Of a stretch of DNA of 64,000 bases, positions 39,180 to 49,462 are shown one piece after another. The translations under genes and the position numbers were made by a program. The notes below the pieces were generated by a model that ran no database searches, was not told the origin of the DNA, and saw only the letters and a program-made list of their open reading frames with translations. Each line of letters starts with the position of its first letter. Positions within the stretch are counted from its first letter, which is position 1. This stretch comes from Mobula birostris (taxonomy: Eukaryota), in contig NC_092375.1 in the NCBI RefSeq assembly GCF_030028105.1, positions 44,243,130-44,307,129 of the forward strand, in the 5' to 3' direction.

Positions 39180-39790
39180 AAGACTGACTCTGGGGCGGTG
39201 TCGGGAGGAAGGGCGTGAAAATGAATGGAGCTGAAGATGATGGGGTCACTTTCAGAGAAAAGGCAGGTGCTGGGTCACTGTGTGAGACCAGCTGCACAGA
39301 GGTGTGACCTTGAGCAGAACTTGAAAGTAATTTGACTGTTGCTTGCATGACTGAGGTTCACTGACACCCCGTCCACCTATTCAGGAGCCTGTGTACCATG
39401 CTTACAAGCAATGTGAGAGGTTGCAGCCCCACTTTGAGTTTCTCAAGGGGCTGCTGCTGAGTTCTGGTGGGCTTGATCCTGGGCCTGGCCAAGATGGCCA
39501 TTCACAAGTTTAGGCGGCGGAAAGTGGAGGGCGCTGCCCGAGTCGACTGCCTGCCCCTTGTCCAAAGGATAAGTTCGTGCCTGGTTGTCCTTGGAGAAGG
39601 AACACTCAGTCGCAATGGATACAGTGGGGGGATTTCCGGGAGCAGTGACCCCCTCCGGGGGTATAGACTGTTTCATAGACGGTAGTAACCATATTTTAAT
39701 CTGAGTATATGTTCTGTCTTGTAGGCATTGGATGTCCATACCTTGCATATATGTGATATAAATAAACTTGTATAGGTTTGTAAAAAAAAC
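39180..39790 (+). mobile_element. Tx1/L1-like LINE 3' end
   Basis: LILGLAKMAIHKFRRRKVEG...CLPL...LEKEH-like C-terminus; AATAAA and A-run at 39760-39790. Confidence 0.6.
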
Positions 39791-39844
39791 AGCCATGCAT
39801 TCAGTTAAACTTCCAGTCAGTCTGTTGCCGATGTGACACATTAA

Positions 39845-41873
39845 GGCTACGTCCACACTAGACCGGATAAATCTGTAACCGAAGCTTTTTCCCTTCGTTT
39901 TGACCCTCCTTCCACACTGAAATGGCGTTTTCCTACCCCGAAAATGAAGATTTTCTACAACGCCCTCCAGAGTGTATAAATTTGAAAATGCCAATTGTGC
40001 AGAGCAGTGTGGACGGGGTAAACAGATATTTTAAAAAATGCTGTCACGACGTGCCGGAACAGATAGTGGTGGCAGTGCGGCATTTCATTGCTTTCTTGAA
40101 TGCAACTCCCCACACGACCTAACAATTTCAGAACAGACAGCAACGAGACTGAAGCCAGAAGAGTTAGAAATGTACTCACCAAATACTTTGACCCATAGCT
40201 TACTGAATAAATAAGTATACTCACTTTGCCCTGTTTTCTGTCCTTGCTTGTATGAAGGCGGTTTACCTATTTATGCAAGTACTTCTCCGACAATAGATGT
40301 GTAACAGCCTAATGTAACATTGTATGGAAATACAAGATAACACTGTCATAGGGAGCATGTGGGAGTGGACCCAAATGCAAGACACAGACACTGACGTACT
40401 AGGAACAGGACTAGGACTAGAGTTAAGCAAGCAAGGGAAGTGAGGAAGAAAGGGCGCTGGACATTGACACAGGCCCTGGATGAGAATAGGATGCAGGGCC
40501 TGGGCTTGGACATGGACAAGAAACACAGAACCCAGACAAGGAAATAGGAGCAAGGAGCCTGGACTAGTGAGACAGAACTCTGGAACCAGAGCCTGGACAA
40601 GGACCCAGAACCTGGGTCTTGCTTGGGACTCGGAACATGGGTCTTGCTTGGGACTCGGAACCGGAACCCGGGTCTAGGCTAGGACTCAGGACTCAGATCT
40701 TGGCAAGGACAGGGCGTTGCTACAGAACAGGACGTGGAACCCCAGCACAGGACGAGGGAACCCCAGCACCAAGCTGGGCAAGGCACGTGGACAGAATGAG
40801 AACACGAAGCCTTGACTTGGTCAACGGAGGACAGGAGCGCACAGCCTCGGTTGAGGGAGGACAGGAACATGGAACACAGAGCCAGGACCCCTCTTTGGAA
40901 ACAGGATGTAGGGCCGGGACTCATACGCAGAACACAGAGATAGATCTCTACTCAAGGTAGCGGCAGACGGCCAGACCTACCCAGCAGAGGTGAGGGCACA
41001 AAGAGACAATTCGCAACACTAGGTAGTAGCAGACAGCCGGACCTACCTAATGAAGGCGTGGACACAGAGACAGTTCAAAACAACGATAGAAGTTCCTTAT
41101 CTTGCTCCAGCAGTTGAACTTGACAGCAGTGCAGGCGAAGGTTGCAGGTGAGGGTTACAGGCGAGGCAGGGCTTCAGCAGAGACAGGGCAAGGCAAGGCA
41201 AGGCTTCAGACACTGGTTGCAGGGCGAGGTTTCAGGAGGAAGAGGCCAAGAAGGGATTCAGACGGGGGTGAGGGGAGGGTTTGACGGGAACAATCCAGCA
41301 ACCAAGCCCTCGTCTCCCGAGGTCTTTATGTTTCTGCCCAAACGAGAATCAGGTGTCTTAATTAGAGCAACTAACAGAAACAATGGAAAACAGGACAACC
41401 TGGAATATGTATCGACGGACCGGACCGGACCGTGAACTGGAATGCGGACTCACGGACCGGACCATGACACAGACATGTTTTATACATTTAACAAGGTGCT
41501 TTATTAATGCAACAGAGTTAGTGAGTTTTTCAATGTTCGTCGTCAGCCGGGTCATACTGTCCGTGAACTCCCTGTCCTTTGCCTCCATATGCTCCAGTAT
41601 TTGTTGTTTTTTAGTTTTAAGTCCTCCTGCGCGAGAGCCAACAGCAATTCCTTTTAAGTTTTTCTAGTCTTTAACTGGTCAAACGCGCACCAAGTATACC
41701 GTTTCCTCTTCGCTTGGTTTCTGTGTGTCCTGCACATGCCCAGTAGGAGGAGATTCGCCCAAATATCCGTCTAATGTGGACGGAGATTATTGAAAAACAA
41801 TTGGTGTGGATGCCTACTGTTTTTACGCGAAACCGACGTTTTCAAAATTATCCGGTCTAGTGAGGACGTAGCC
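39845..41873 (-). mobile_element. PIF/Harbinger DNA transposon (non-autonomous, accessory-protein remnant)
   Basis: 26-bp TIRs GGCTACGTCCACACTAGACCGGATAA and TTATCCGGTCTAGTGAGGACGTAGCC (1 mismatch), TAA TSD on both sides. Minus-strand coiled-coil-like remnant MEAKDREFTDSMTRLTTNIEKL. Confidence 0.88.
40344..41469 (-). mobile_element. solo LTR-like element nested in the Harbinger
   Basis: TGTCAT...ATGACA termini; homologous to 52957-54331 and 26615-27627. Confidence 0.75.
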
Positions 41874-41949
41874 TAAGCTAAAACTGCCACAAACTCGCAG
41901 CGATTTATCAGAGCTGGGTGATTCCTGTCCCGACGCTTCCTTACCCAAC

Positions 41950-41998
41950 ATGTCACTACTCGGAAACTTACTGTACACGCTCTGGCTGTTTCTTCCGG
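41950..41998 (+). CDS. leader (signal peptide) exon of the non-rearranging VJ-C1-TM Ig-superfamily gene
   Basis: ATG...MSLLGNLLYTLWLFLP G, 49 bp, phase-1 donor GTAATT, followed by a 93-bp intron: the usual Ig/TCR-type leader arrangement. Confidence 0.8.
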
Positions 41999-42091
41999 GT
42001 AATTCACGCGCTCTCTCCGTTTGACATTTATTCTCGTTGCCTTCTCATAATTTTGAATCTTTTTGCTAATTGTGGTGATTTTCTGTTCTAG

Positions 42092-42424
42092 GGCCCGCTG
42101 TTGCTCTGAAAGTGAACCAGACACCTTCAGCTCTGACCCTTCTCCGAGGACAGACAGCTCGGATCGGCTGTTCCCTGTTATCCGGGGACGAGCGGGTGGA
42201 TTCGGTGAGATATTTTTGGACGCGGACACCAGACAAACCTGTACACGGGTCCAATAATTTCTTGAAAAATGGCGCTCGGATCTCTGTATCTGTGAAGGAA
42301 GGCGGGCTGGTCATTCGGGAGGTGACTGTGGATGACTCTGACACCTACCATTGCTCAGCGCTGAGAATGGGTTCGGGCCCCTGGAAAACATATTTTGGAA
42401 TCGGAACAGAAGTAACCATCCGAG
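42092..42424 (+). CDS. germline-joined VJ (V-set Ig) exon
   Basis: Acceptor TTCTGTTCTAG; 333-bp open exon, phase 1/1. B-strand Cys (RIGC), C-strand Trp (YFW), D-x-x-x-Y-x-C (DSDTYHC) and J-like FGIGTEVTIR all lie in one exon; donor GTACAG. Confidence 0.9.
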
Positions 42425-42979
42425 GTACAGTACGTATGAAATGAAACCAGTAAACACTGGAAATACTCAGCAGACTGGGCAAAGTGTGAAGCGAGGGAAC
42501 TGGAGCCAAAGTCTCAGACCAATGGCCGAGCTGCAAAACGAGGCTTCAGGTTCCTTTCTCCAAACGCGCCCTGACCTGCTGAAGGAATCTTGTCTTCGCG
42601 GCGTTTGGTTTGTGTTTTGCTTCTGACCCAAAGTAACCGGATTAAGCAACACCGAAACAATCTCCCGCATGGGGAAGAGAAGACAAGTCGCTGAATACAT
42701 CAGCGCCACTTCCCAAAAATTCAGTGGTAGAGAGGTGGTTAAAAGGACCGACAAGAAATCGGTTAAACACTAGGGGGATTGGTAATGGCGAATCGGAACC
42801 GCGAAACGTCCTTGTTGGGACACACTGCCAGTATATTGTGTATCTTGTGACCAATGTGTGCCTGGTCGAACGGAGCTGAAAAATAAAACTAGAAAGTGCT
42901 GGAAACACTCAGCAGGTCAGGTCGCAAGTGCGGAGAGAGAAACAGAGTTAACGTTTGGTATTGAAGACCTTTCGTCAGA

Positions 42980-44312
42980 ACAGCACATTTGGAAAGCGGT
43001 GAAATGATCGGACAAAGTCAGCATGGATTTGTGAAAGGAAAATCATGTCTGACGAATCTCATAGAATTTTTTGAGGATGTAACTAGTAGAGTGGATAGGG
43101 GAGAACCAGTGGATGTGGTATATTTGGATTTTCAGAAGGCTTTTGACAAGGTCCCACACAGGAGATTAGTGTGCAAACTTAAAGCACACGGTATTGGGGG
43201 TAAGGTATTGGTGTGGGTGGAGAGTTGGTTAGCAGACAGGAAGCAAAGAGTGGGAATAAACGGGACCTTTTCAGAATGGCAGGCGGTGACTAGTGGGGTA
43301 CCGCAAGGCTCAGTGCTGGGACCCCAGTTGTTTACAATATATATTAATGACTTGGATGAGGGAATTAAATGCAGCATCTCCAAGTTTGCGGATGACACGA
43401 AGCTGGGTGGCAGTGTTAGCTGTGAGGAGGATGCTAAGAGGATGCAAGGTGACTTGGATAGGTTGGGTGAGTGGGCAAATTCATGGCAGATGCAATTTAA
43501 TGTGGATAAATGTGAAGTTATCCACTTTGGTGGCAAAAATAGGAAGACAGATTATTATCTGAATGGTGGCCGATTAGGAAAAGGGGAGGTGCAACGAGAC
43601 CTGGGTGTCATTATACACCAGTCATTGAAAGTGGGCATGCAGGTACAGCAGGCGGTGAAAAAAGCGAATGGTATGCTGGCATTTATAGCAAGAGGATTCG
43701 AGTACAGGAGCAGGGAGGTACTACTGCAGTTGTACAAGGCCTTGGTGAGACCACACCTGGAGTATTGTGTGCAGTTTTGGTCCCCTAATCTGAGGAAAGA
43801 CATCCTTGCCATAGAGGGAGTACAAAGAAGGTTCACCAGATTGATTCCTGGGATGGCAGGACTTTCATATGAAGAAAGACTGGATGAACTGGGCTTGTAC
43901 TCGTTGGAATTTAGAAGATTGAGGGGGGATCTGATTGAAACATATAAGATCCTAAAGGGATTGGACAGGCTAGATGCAGGAAGATTGTTCCCGATGTTGG
44001 GGAAGTCCAGAACGAGGGGTCAGAGTTTGAGAATAGAGGGGAAGCCTTTTAGGACCGAGATTAGGAAAAACTTCTTCACACAGAGAGTGGTGAATCTGTG
44101 GAATTCTCTGCCACATGAAACAGTTGAGGCCAGTTCATTGGCTATATTTAAGAGGGAGTTAGATATGGCCCTTGTGGCTACGGGGGTCAGGGGGTATGGA
44201 GGGAAGGCTGGGGCGGGGTTCTGAGTTGGATGATCAGCCATGATCATAATAAATGGCGGTGCAGGCTCGAAGGGCCGAATGGCCTACTCCTGCACCTATT
44301 TTCTATGTTTCT
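42980..44312 (+). mobile_element. 5'-truncated HER1-like CR1 with an uninterrupted 411-codon RT/C-terminal ORF, in the V-C1 intron
   Basis: ORF 42989-44224 has DFQKAFDKVPH, GVPQGSVLG and FADD; tail TTTCTATGTTTCTA. Confidence 0.92.
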
Positions 44313-44368
44313 AACTCTTCTACTCTCCGACCTGACCTGCTGAATATTTGTTGGTTCTCTATACCTAG

Positions 44369-44499
44369 GTCTGAAGGCTGGCTGGTTATTCGCGAAGTAA
44401 CTGCGGATGACTCTGACACTTAGCATTGCTCCGTTTTGTGAATGGATTCGAACTCCTGGAAAACATAGTTTGGGAGCGGAACAGAAGTAAACATCCAAG
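44369..44499 (+). pseudogene. truncated duplicate of the 3' half of the VJ exon (copy C)
   Basis: EGWLVIREVTADDSDT*HCSVL*MDSNSWKT*FGSGTEVNIQ G with donor GTAAGT and three in-frame stops; the downstream intron repeats 42425 onward. Confidence 0.85.
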
Positions 44500-45133
44500 G
44501 TAAGTATGAAATGAAACCAGTAAAGGATGGGAATGCTCAGCAGGCGAGGCAAGCGAGGGAACTGGAGCCAACGTCTCAGACCAATGGCCGAGCTGGAAGA
44601 AGATTCTTTTCTCCAAACGCGCCCTGACCTGCTGAAGGAATCCTTTGCTTCTGAACCGTGAAACGTCCAACAAGGAGCGCACTAGCAGCGTAATTGTAAC
44701 TGTAACTGGCCGGGGTGTGCCTGGAAGAAAGAAACGGAAAGGTAAAACCAGGACATGATGGAAACACTCGGGGCCCGTTGCTGATGAGAAACAAACGTTT
44801 GGTATTGAAGAACCTTCGTCAGAACTCTTCGACCTGAGACCTTACGTCTGTTTCTCTTCCCAAAGTTGCGACCTTACCTGTTGGATATTTCCAGTGGTTA
44901 CTGTTTTTAATTTTAGATTTTCACTTGCTGTAATATTTCGAATTCGATCCGTTCCCGGGCTGTATTTTGTTTCTCTTCCTGACGGTGTGCATTTCGAGAC
45001 TCAAAATAATCAACTCGATTCACATTGTTACCTTTGTATCGTGCACCGTCTTCAGTTCCGTCCACTCTTGCTGTCTGTATCCATTTGGGTTACAGTAAAA
45101 TTCACCATGTGTTAATTCTCCCATTCTGTGCAG

Positions 45134-45413
45134 CGAAGCCTGACGTCTCCCTCTCTCTGGATCCCAAGAACGAAGCTGCTGGGATTCAGACTCTGATTTG
45201 TGTGGCGGCGGGATTTTTCCCGAAAGATCTGAGTATTTCTTGGGCTGTAACGGGAGATGTCTCGTATGAAACAAAGGCGGATCCGCTGAGGGTAAACGAG
45301 CCTGAGCTTCCGGCTGCTGGTGAACGACTCCCGGTGGGAGTCAGTTCGGGTCGCCACCTGCCTGGTTCGACACGGTACAGGGAGTGTGAAGACAAGTTTC
45401 ATTTTCAAGCGAG
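45134..45413 (+). CDS. C1-set Ig constant exon, frameshifted as given
   Basis: Acceptor CCCATTCTGTGCAG. AKPDVSL...LICVAAGFFPKDLSISW (C1 signature), then after a shift near 45297 SLSFRLLVNDSRWESVRVATCLVRH...FKR G with donor GTAGGT. Length 280 bp is not 3n. Confidence 0.85.
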
Positions 45414-46639
45414 GTAGGTGGTTTACACAGGGAGTAAATCTCACAACCTGCTTCTCCCAATTATGGGTGAAAGTGGAAGTAAATTTTGTAAATTTATACA
45501 AACCATGGGGTGAACGCAATTCGTCAATCTGAAAAGTAAAAGTTTGGGTAACGCCCTCAATATCTACAGTCTTTTATTGCAAAATCATTTATTTCAATAT
45601 ACTGAATTGATTAAAAAAACTGGCGCTGTAATGTTATGGTAAAACAGGCAGAAGATACAGACAGGTTAAATAGAATAATTACAAGAGCGCAGGGTTCCAG
45701 TTAGGTAGATTATCGGACGAAGACAAGATCATTTTTATTAGAAAATGGAAGGCCAACGATATGAAAAAAATGTTAACGATTAATTAAGAATTGTCCACTC
45801 ATAAAGCAATGAAAGGAGTTAGGACGGTTGCAGTAAGTCCGGACTCGGAGTTGCTAGAGCTGACTTGGAGGCAATTACATGCGGCAGAACCAAGGCAGGG
45901 CGAAGTCGAGGAAGGATCCGAGGCGAGCTTCGATCGATTTAAGAGCCGAACTGAATCGGAAAGGTCGTGCACCGACTGAATCGAGCTGGCGTAGCCTAAG
46001 AGCATATCGAAGTGGCAGAGAGCGAGGAACGATCCGCGATTTGTACGATTTAAGCGTCGGGCCAGTTTGAATTAGTTTGTGTGTGGGGGTTGGAAGCGAG
46101 GGGCGGGTCACCTCGGCTCAATACTCCGCGGGGTTTGCTGGTATCTGCGTGGCACGGAGGCGGTGGCCTGCAGTTCAGTGGTCTTCTGGATCGTCTGCAA
46201 TGATGCCTGGCTTTGTAAAGTTCAGTTCTCGGTGGTGTTCCCTTGCCTTTATTTATTGCATTATTTTTTTCTCTCTCCCTGTACACGAGATGTTTTACGG
46301 TCTTACTTTGTTTCTAATGGGTTCTGTTGGGGTTCTCTGCCTGTAAGGAGACGATTCTTAAGCTTGTATAAAGTATACATACTTTGAACTTTGAACAGGT
46401 ATACCACTTTAGATACAGTTGGCGTGGTTGACCGAGCAGAGGAAAGCCACCGTGGAAAACGACAGTCAGTGGGTGTAAAAATAGGATGATTTGGCAGGCA
46501 AAGGCGTGGCTGAGGACCTGGTGCAGGGGACAGGGGTTCAGATTCATGGATCATTGGGATCTCTTCTGTGGAAGGTACAAACTGTACCCGAGGGGCTCCG
46601 ATATCCTTGGGGGCAGGTTTGCTAGATTTGTTCGGGAGG

Positions 46640-46895
46640 TAGAAAAAGATCTAGTGTTATCACTGTATATATAACAAAGCTCTCGCTCTAAGTAAGAACT
46701 GGAATTCGATTGTAAACAAGGTGGGGGAGCTGAAACCTGATTGGATGAAGACTTACCAGTCCGGAGGGTCGGGCAACGGGGGTTTAAATACCACTGCACT
46801 CGACATGGCCAGGCATCATCCCTGAAGAAGATGGCGGAGTTTGACATTGAAACGTTAGTTATAATCGATACCCGGCTGGAAGTCCGAGAAGAGTT
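46640..46895 (+). mobile_element. second Penelope-like family terminal insertion
   Basis: 15-bp TSD GATTTGTTCGGGAGG (46625-46639 and 46896-46910); same terminus as 59030-59220. Confidence 0.75.
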
Positions 46896-48496
46896 GATTT
46901 GTTCGGGAGGGTTTAAACTAATTTGGCAGGGTGATGGGAACAGGAGTGATAGTTGTGAGGATGAGGCAATTGGCTTACAAACAAAAGCAATGTGTAATGA
47001 GACTCCTAGAAAGGAGGGGCTGATGAAATGGCAAAACTGCAGTCAACAGGATGAGTTGCAATGTAAAAGGGGAAAAAATTGAAAAGGATGAATACAGTGC
47101 TGAAGTTGTAATATTTGAATGAGCGTAGTAAACGGAATAAGGTAGGTAGGTGCACTGGTAGCACAGTTACAGATTGGCAGGTTTGATGTTGTAGGCATGA
47201 CTGAATCATGGCTGAAAGCAGATTATAACTGGAAGGTTAATGTCCAAGGATACACATTGTATCAAAACGACAGACAGGAGGGCAGAGGAGGCGGCATAGC
47301 TCCACTGGTAAAAACTTAAATCATTAGAAAGAGATGACGTTTGGATGAAAGGTATTGAATCGTTGTGGGTAGAGCTAAGCCACTGCACGGGTAAAAATAC
47401 CCTGATGGGAGTTATATACACACCCCCAAATGGTACTAAGAATGCGGTCTGCCAATTATAATGGGAGCTAGGAAATGCATGTCAAAAAAGCAATGTTATA
47501 TTTGTCATGGGCGATTTCAATATATAGGTAGATTGGGAAAATCAAGTTGGTGCTGGATTCCAGGAGAGTGAATTTCCAGAGCGCCTACAAGCTGTTTTTT
47601 TTTTTAGAGCAGCTCAGCTAATGGTTGAGGCCACCAGGGATCAGCTATTCTGGATTGGGTGTTGTGCAGTGAACCAGAATTGATTTGAGAGCTGAAGGTA
47701 AAAGAACCCTGAGTGGCAAGTGATCATAATATGATTGAATTCACCCTGAATTTGAGAAGGAGAAGCTAAAGTCAGCTGTATCAGTATTACAGTGGAGTAA
47801 GAGGAATTACAGAGGCATGAGAGAGGAGTTGGCCAGAATTGATTGGAAAAGAACACTGGCAGGGATGATGACATAGCAGCAATGTCTGGAATTTCTGGAA
47901 GCAATTCAGCAGGCACAGGATAAGTACATCCCAAAGAGGAAGGCCTATTCCAAAGGCAAGGTGACACAACCAGGGCAAACAAGAGAAGTCAAAGCCAACA
48001 TAAAAGCCAAAGACAGGGAATATAATAGAGCAAAAATTAGTAGGACGTTAGAGGACTGGGAAGCTTTTAAAAACCAACAGAAGGCAATTTCAAACATCAC
48101 TAAGAAGGAAAAAATGGAATACAAAAATAAGCTGGCCAATAATATTAAAGTTTCTTGAGATACATAAACTGTAAAAGACAAGTGTGAATAGATATTAGAC
48201 CACTGGAAAATGATGCTATTGAGGTAGTAATGGGGGACAAGTAAATAGCAGACAAAGTATTTTGCATCTGTCTTCACTGTGGAAGACACCAGCAGTATGG
48301 TGGAAGTTCCAGAGCGTCAGGGGCCAGAAGTGTGTTGATTTGCCATTTATAAGGAGAAGGTTATTGGGAAACTGAAAGGTGTGAAATAAGTCACCTGGAC
48401 CAGATGGTGTACACTCTAGGGTTCTAAAAAAGGAGGCAGAAGAGATTGTGGAAGCATTAGTAATGATCTTTTAAGAATCACTAGTTTCTGGAATGG

Positions 48497-48713
48497 CCGG
48501 CTGGTGGCAGAGTGGCATCAGCACCGGACTGCGGAGTGAAGGCTCCCAAGTTTGAATCCAGCCAGTTCCCTTGCACGCTTTCCATCCGTGCTGGGTTGAG
48601 CATCAAGCTAGCGACTGGGCCTCGTAAAAATAAGAAAGCCTGCTAGAAAAAATGCCGTCATGACGGCGTCCTGATGACTCCACTCGGAGTTAAGGGCTTT
48701 CTTCTTCTTCTTC
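48497..48713 (+). mobile_element. tRNA-derived SINE with (TTC)n tail
   Basis: A box TGGCAGAGTGG, B box GTTTGAATCC, 14-bp TSD AGTTTCTGGAATGG (48483-48496 and 48714-48727). Confidence 0.85.
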
Positions 48714-48744
48714 AGTTTCTGGAATGGTTCCAGAAGACTGAAAA

Positions 48745-49225
48745 AGGTGCAAATAGAAACATAGAAAACCTACAGCACAGTACAGGCCCTTCTGCCCACG
48801 AAGCTATGCCAAACATGTCCCTACCTTAGAAATTACCTAGGGTTACCCATAGCCCTCTATTTTTCTGAGCTCCATGTACCTATCCAGGAGTCTCTTAAAA
48901 GACCCTATCGTATCTGCTTCCACCACCACTGCTGGCAGCCCATTTGACACACTCATCACTCTCTGCATAAAAAACTTACCCCTGACATCACCTCTGTACC
49001 TACATCCAAGCACCTTAAAACTGTGCTCTCTTGTGCTAGCCATTTTAGCCCTGGGAAAAATCCTCTGACTATCCACATAATCAATACCTCTCATCATCTT
49101 ATACACCTCCATCAGGTCACCTCTCATCCTCCGCCACTCCAAGGAGAAAAGGTCGAGTTCATTCAGCCTATTCTCATAAGGCATGCTCCCCAACCCAGGC
49201 AACATCCTTGTAAGTCTCCTCTGCA
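48745..49225 (-). mobile_element. CR1 3' fragment
   Basis: ERVQRRLTRMLPGL...KFFMQRV; (TTTCTAT) tail; similar to the plus-strand copy at 59600-60345. Confidence 0.8.
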
Positions 49226-49462
49226 CCCTTTCTATGAGAGATGGCACTATGGCAAACTAGGAAACTTGACAATACTCCAACAATCTTTTTGAAAAATGAG
49301 ATCTAGCACATACTAACTTACTGCTGTGCTGTGTGGCTTGCAGAGTAAAGACCACTTATTACTTACTAGGTTTGTAAACAGTCAACTATTAGCCTCAAAA
49401 ACAGGAACAGCACTGACACAGAAGCCTAGATATTTACAAAGTCAGATGCTTGTTTTTCAAAA

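Larger units (their letters stand above)
46400..48740 (+). mobile_element. decayed CR1 (ORF1 esterase to ORF2)
   Basis: AWLRTWCRGQGFRFMDHWDLF (ORF1) and later AP endonuclease/RT remnants. Confidence 0.75.

Noticed and set aside
42092-45413. Rearranging Ig or TCR locus
   Set aside because: V and J-like motifs are fused in one exon. I saw no CACAGTG heptamer with a spaced nonamer beside any V copy, and no separate D or J segments. The scattered heptamers (for example 22236 and 28377) lie inside CR1 elements.
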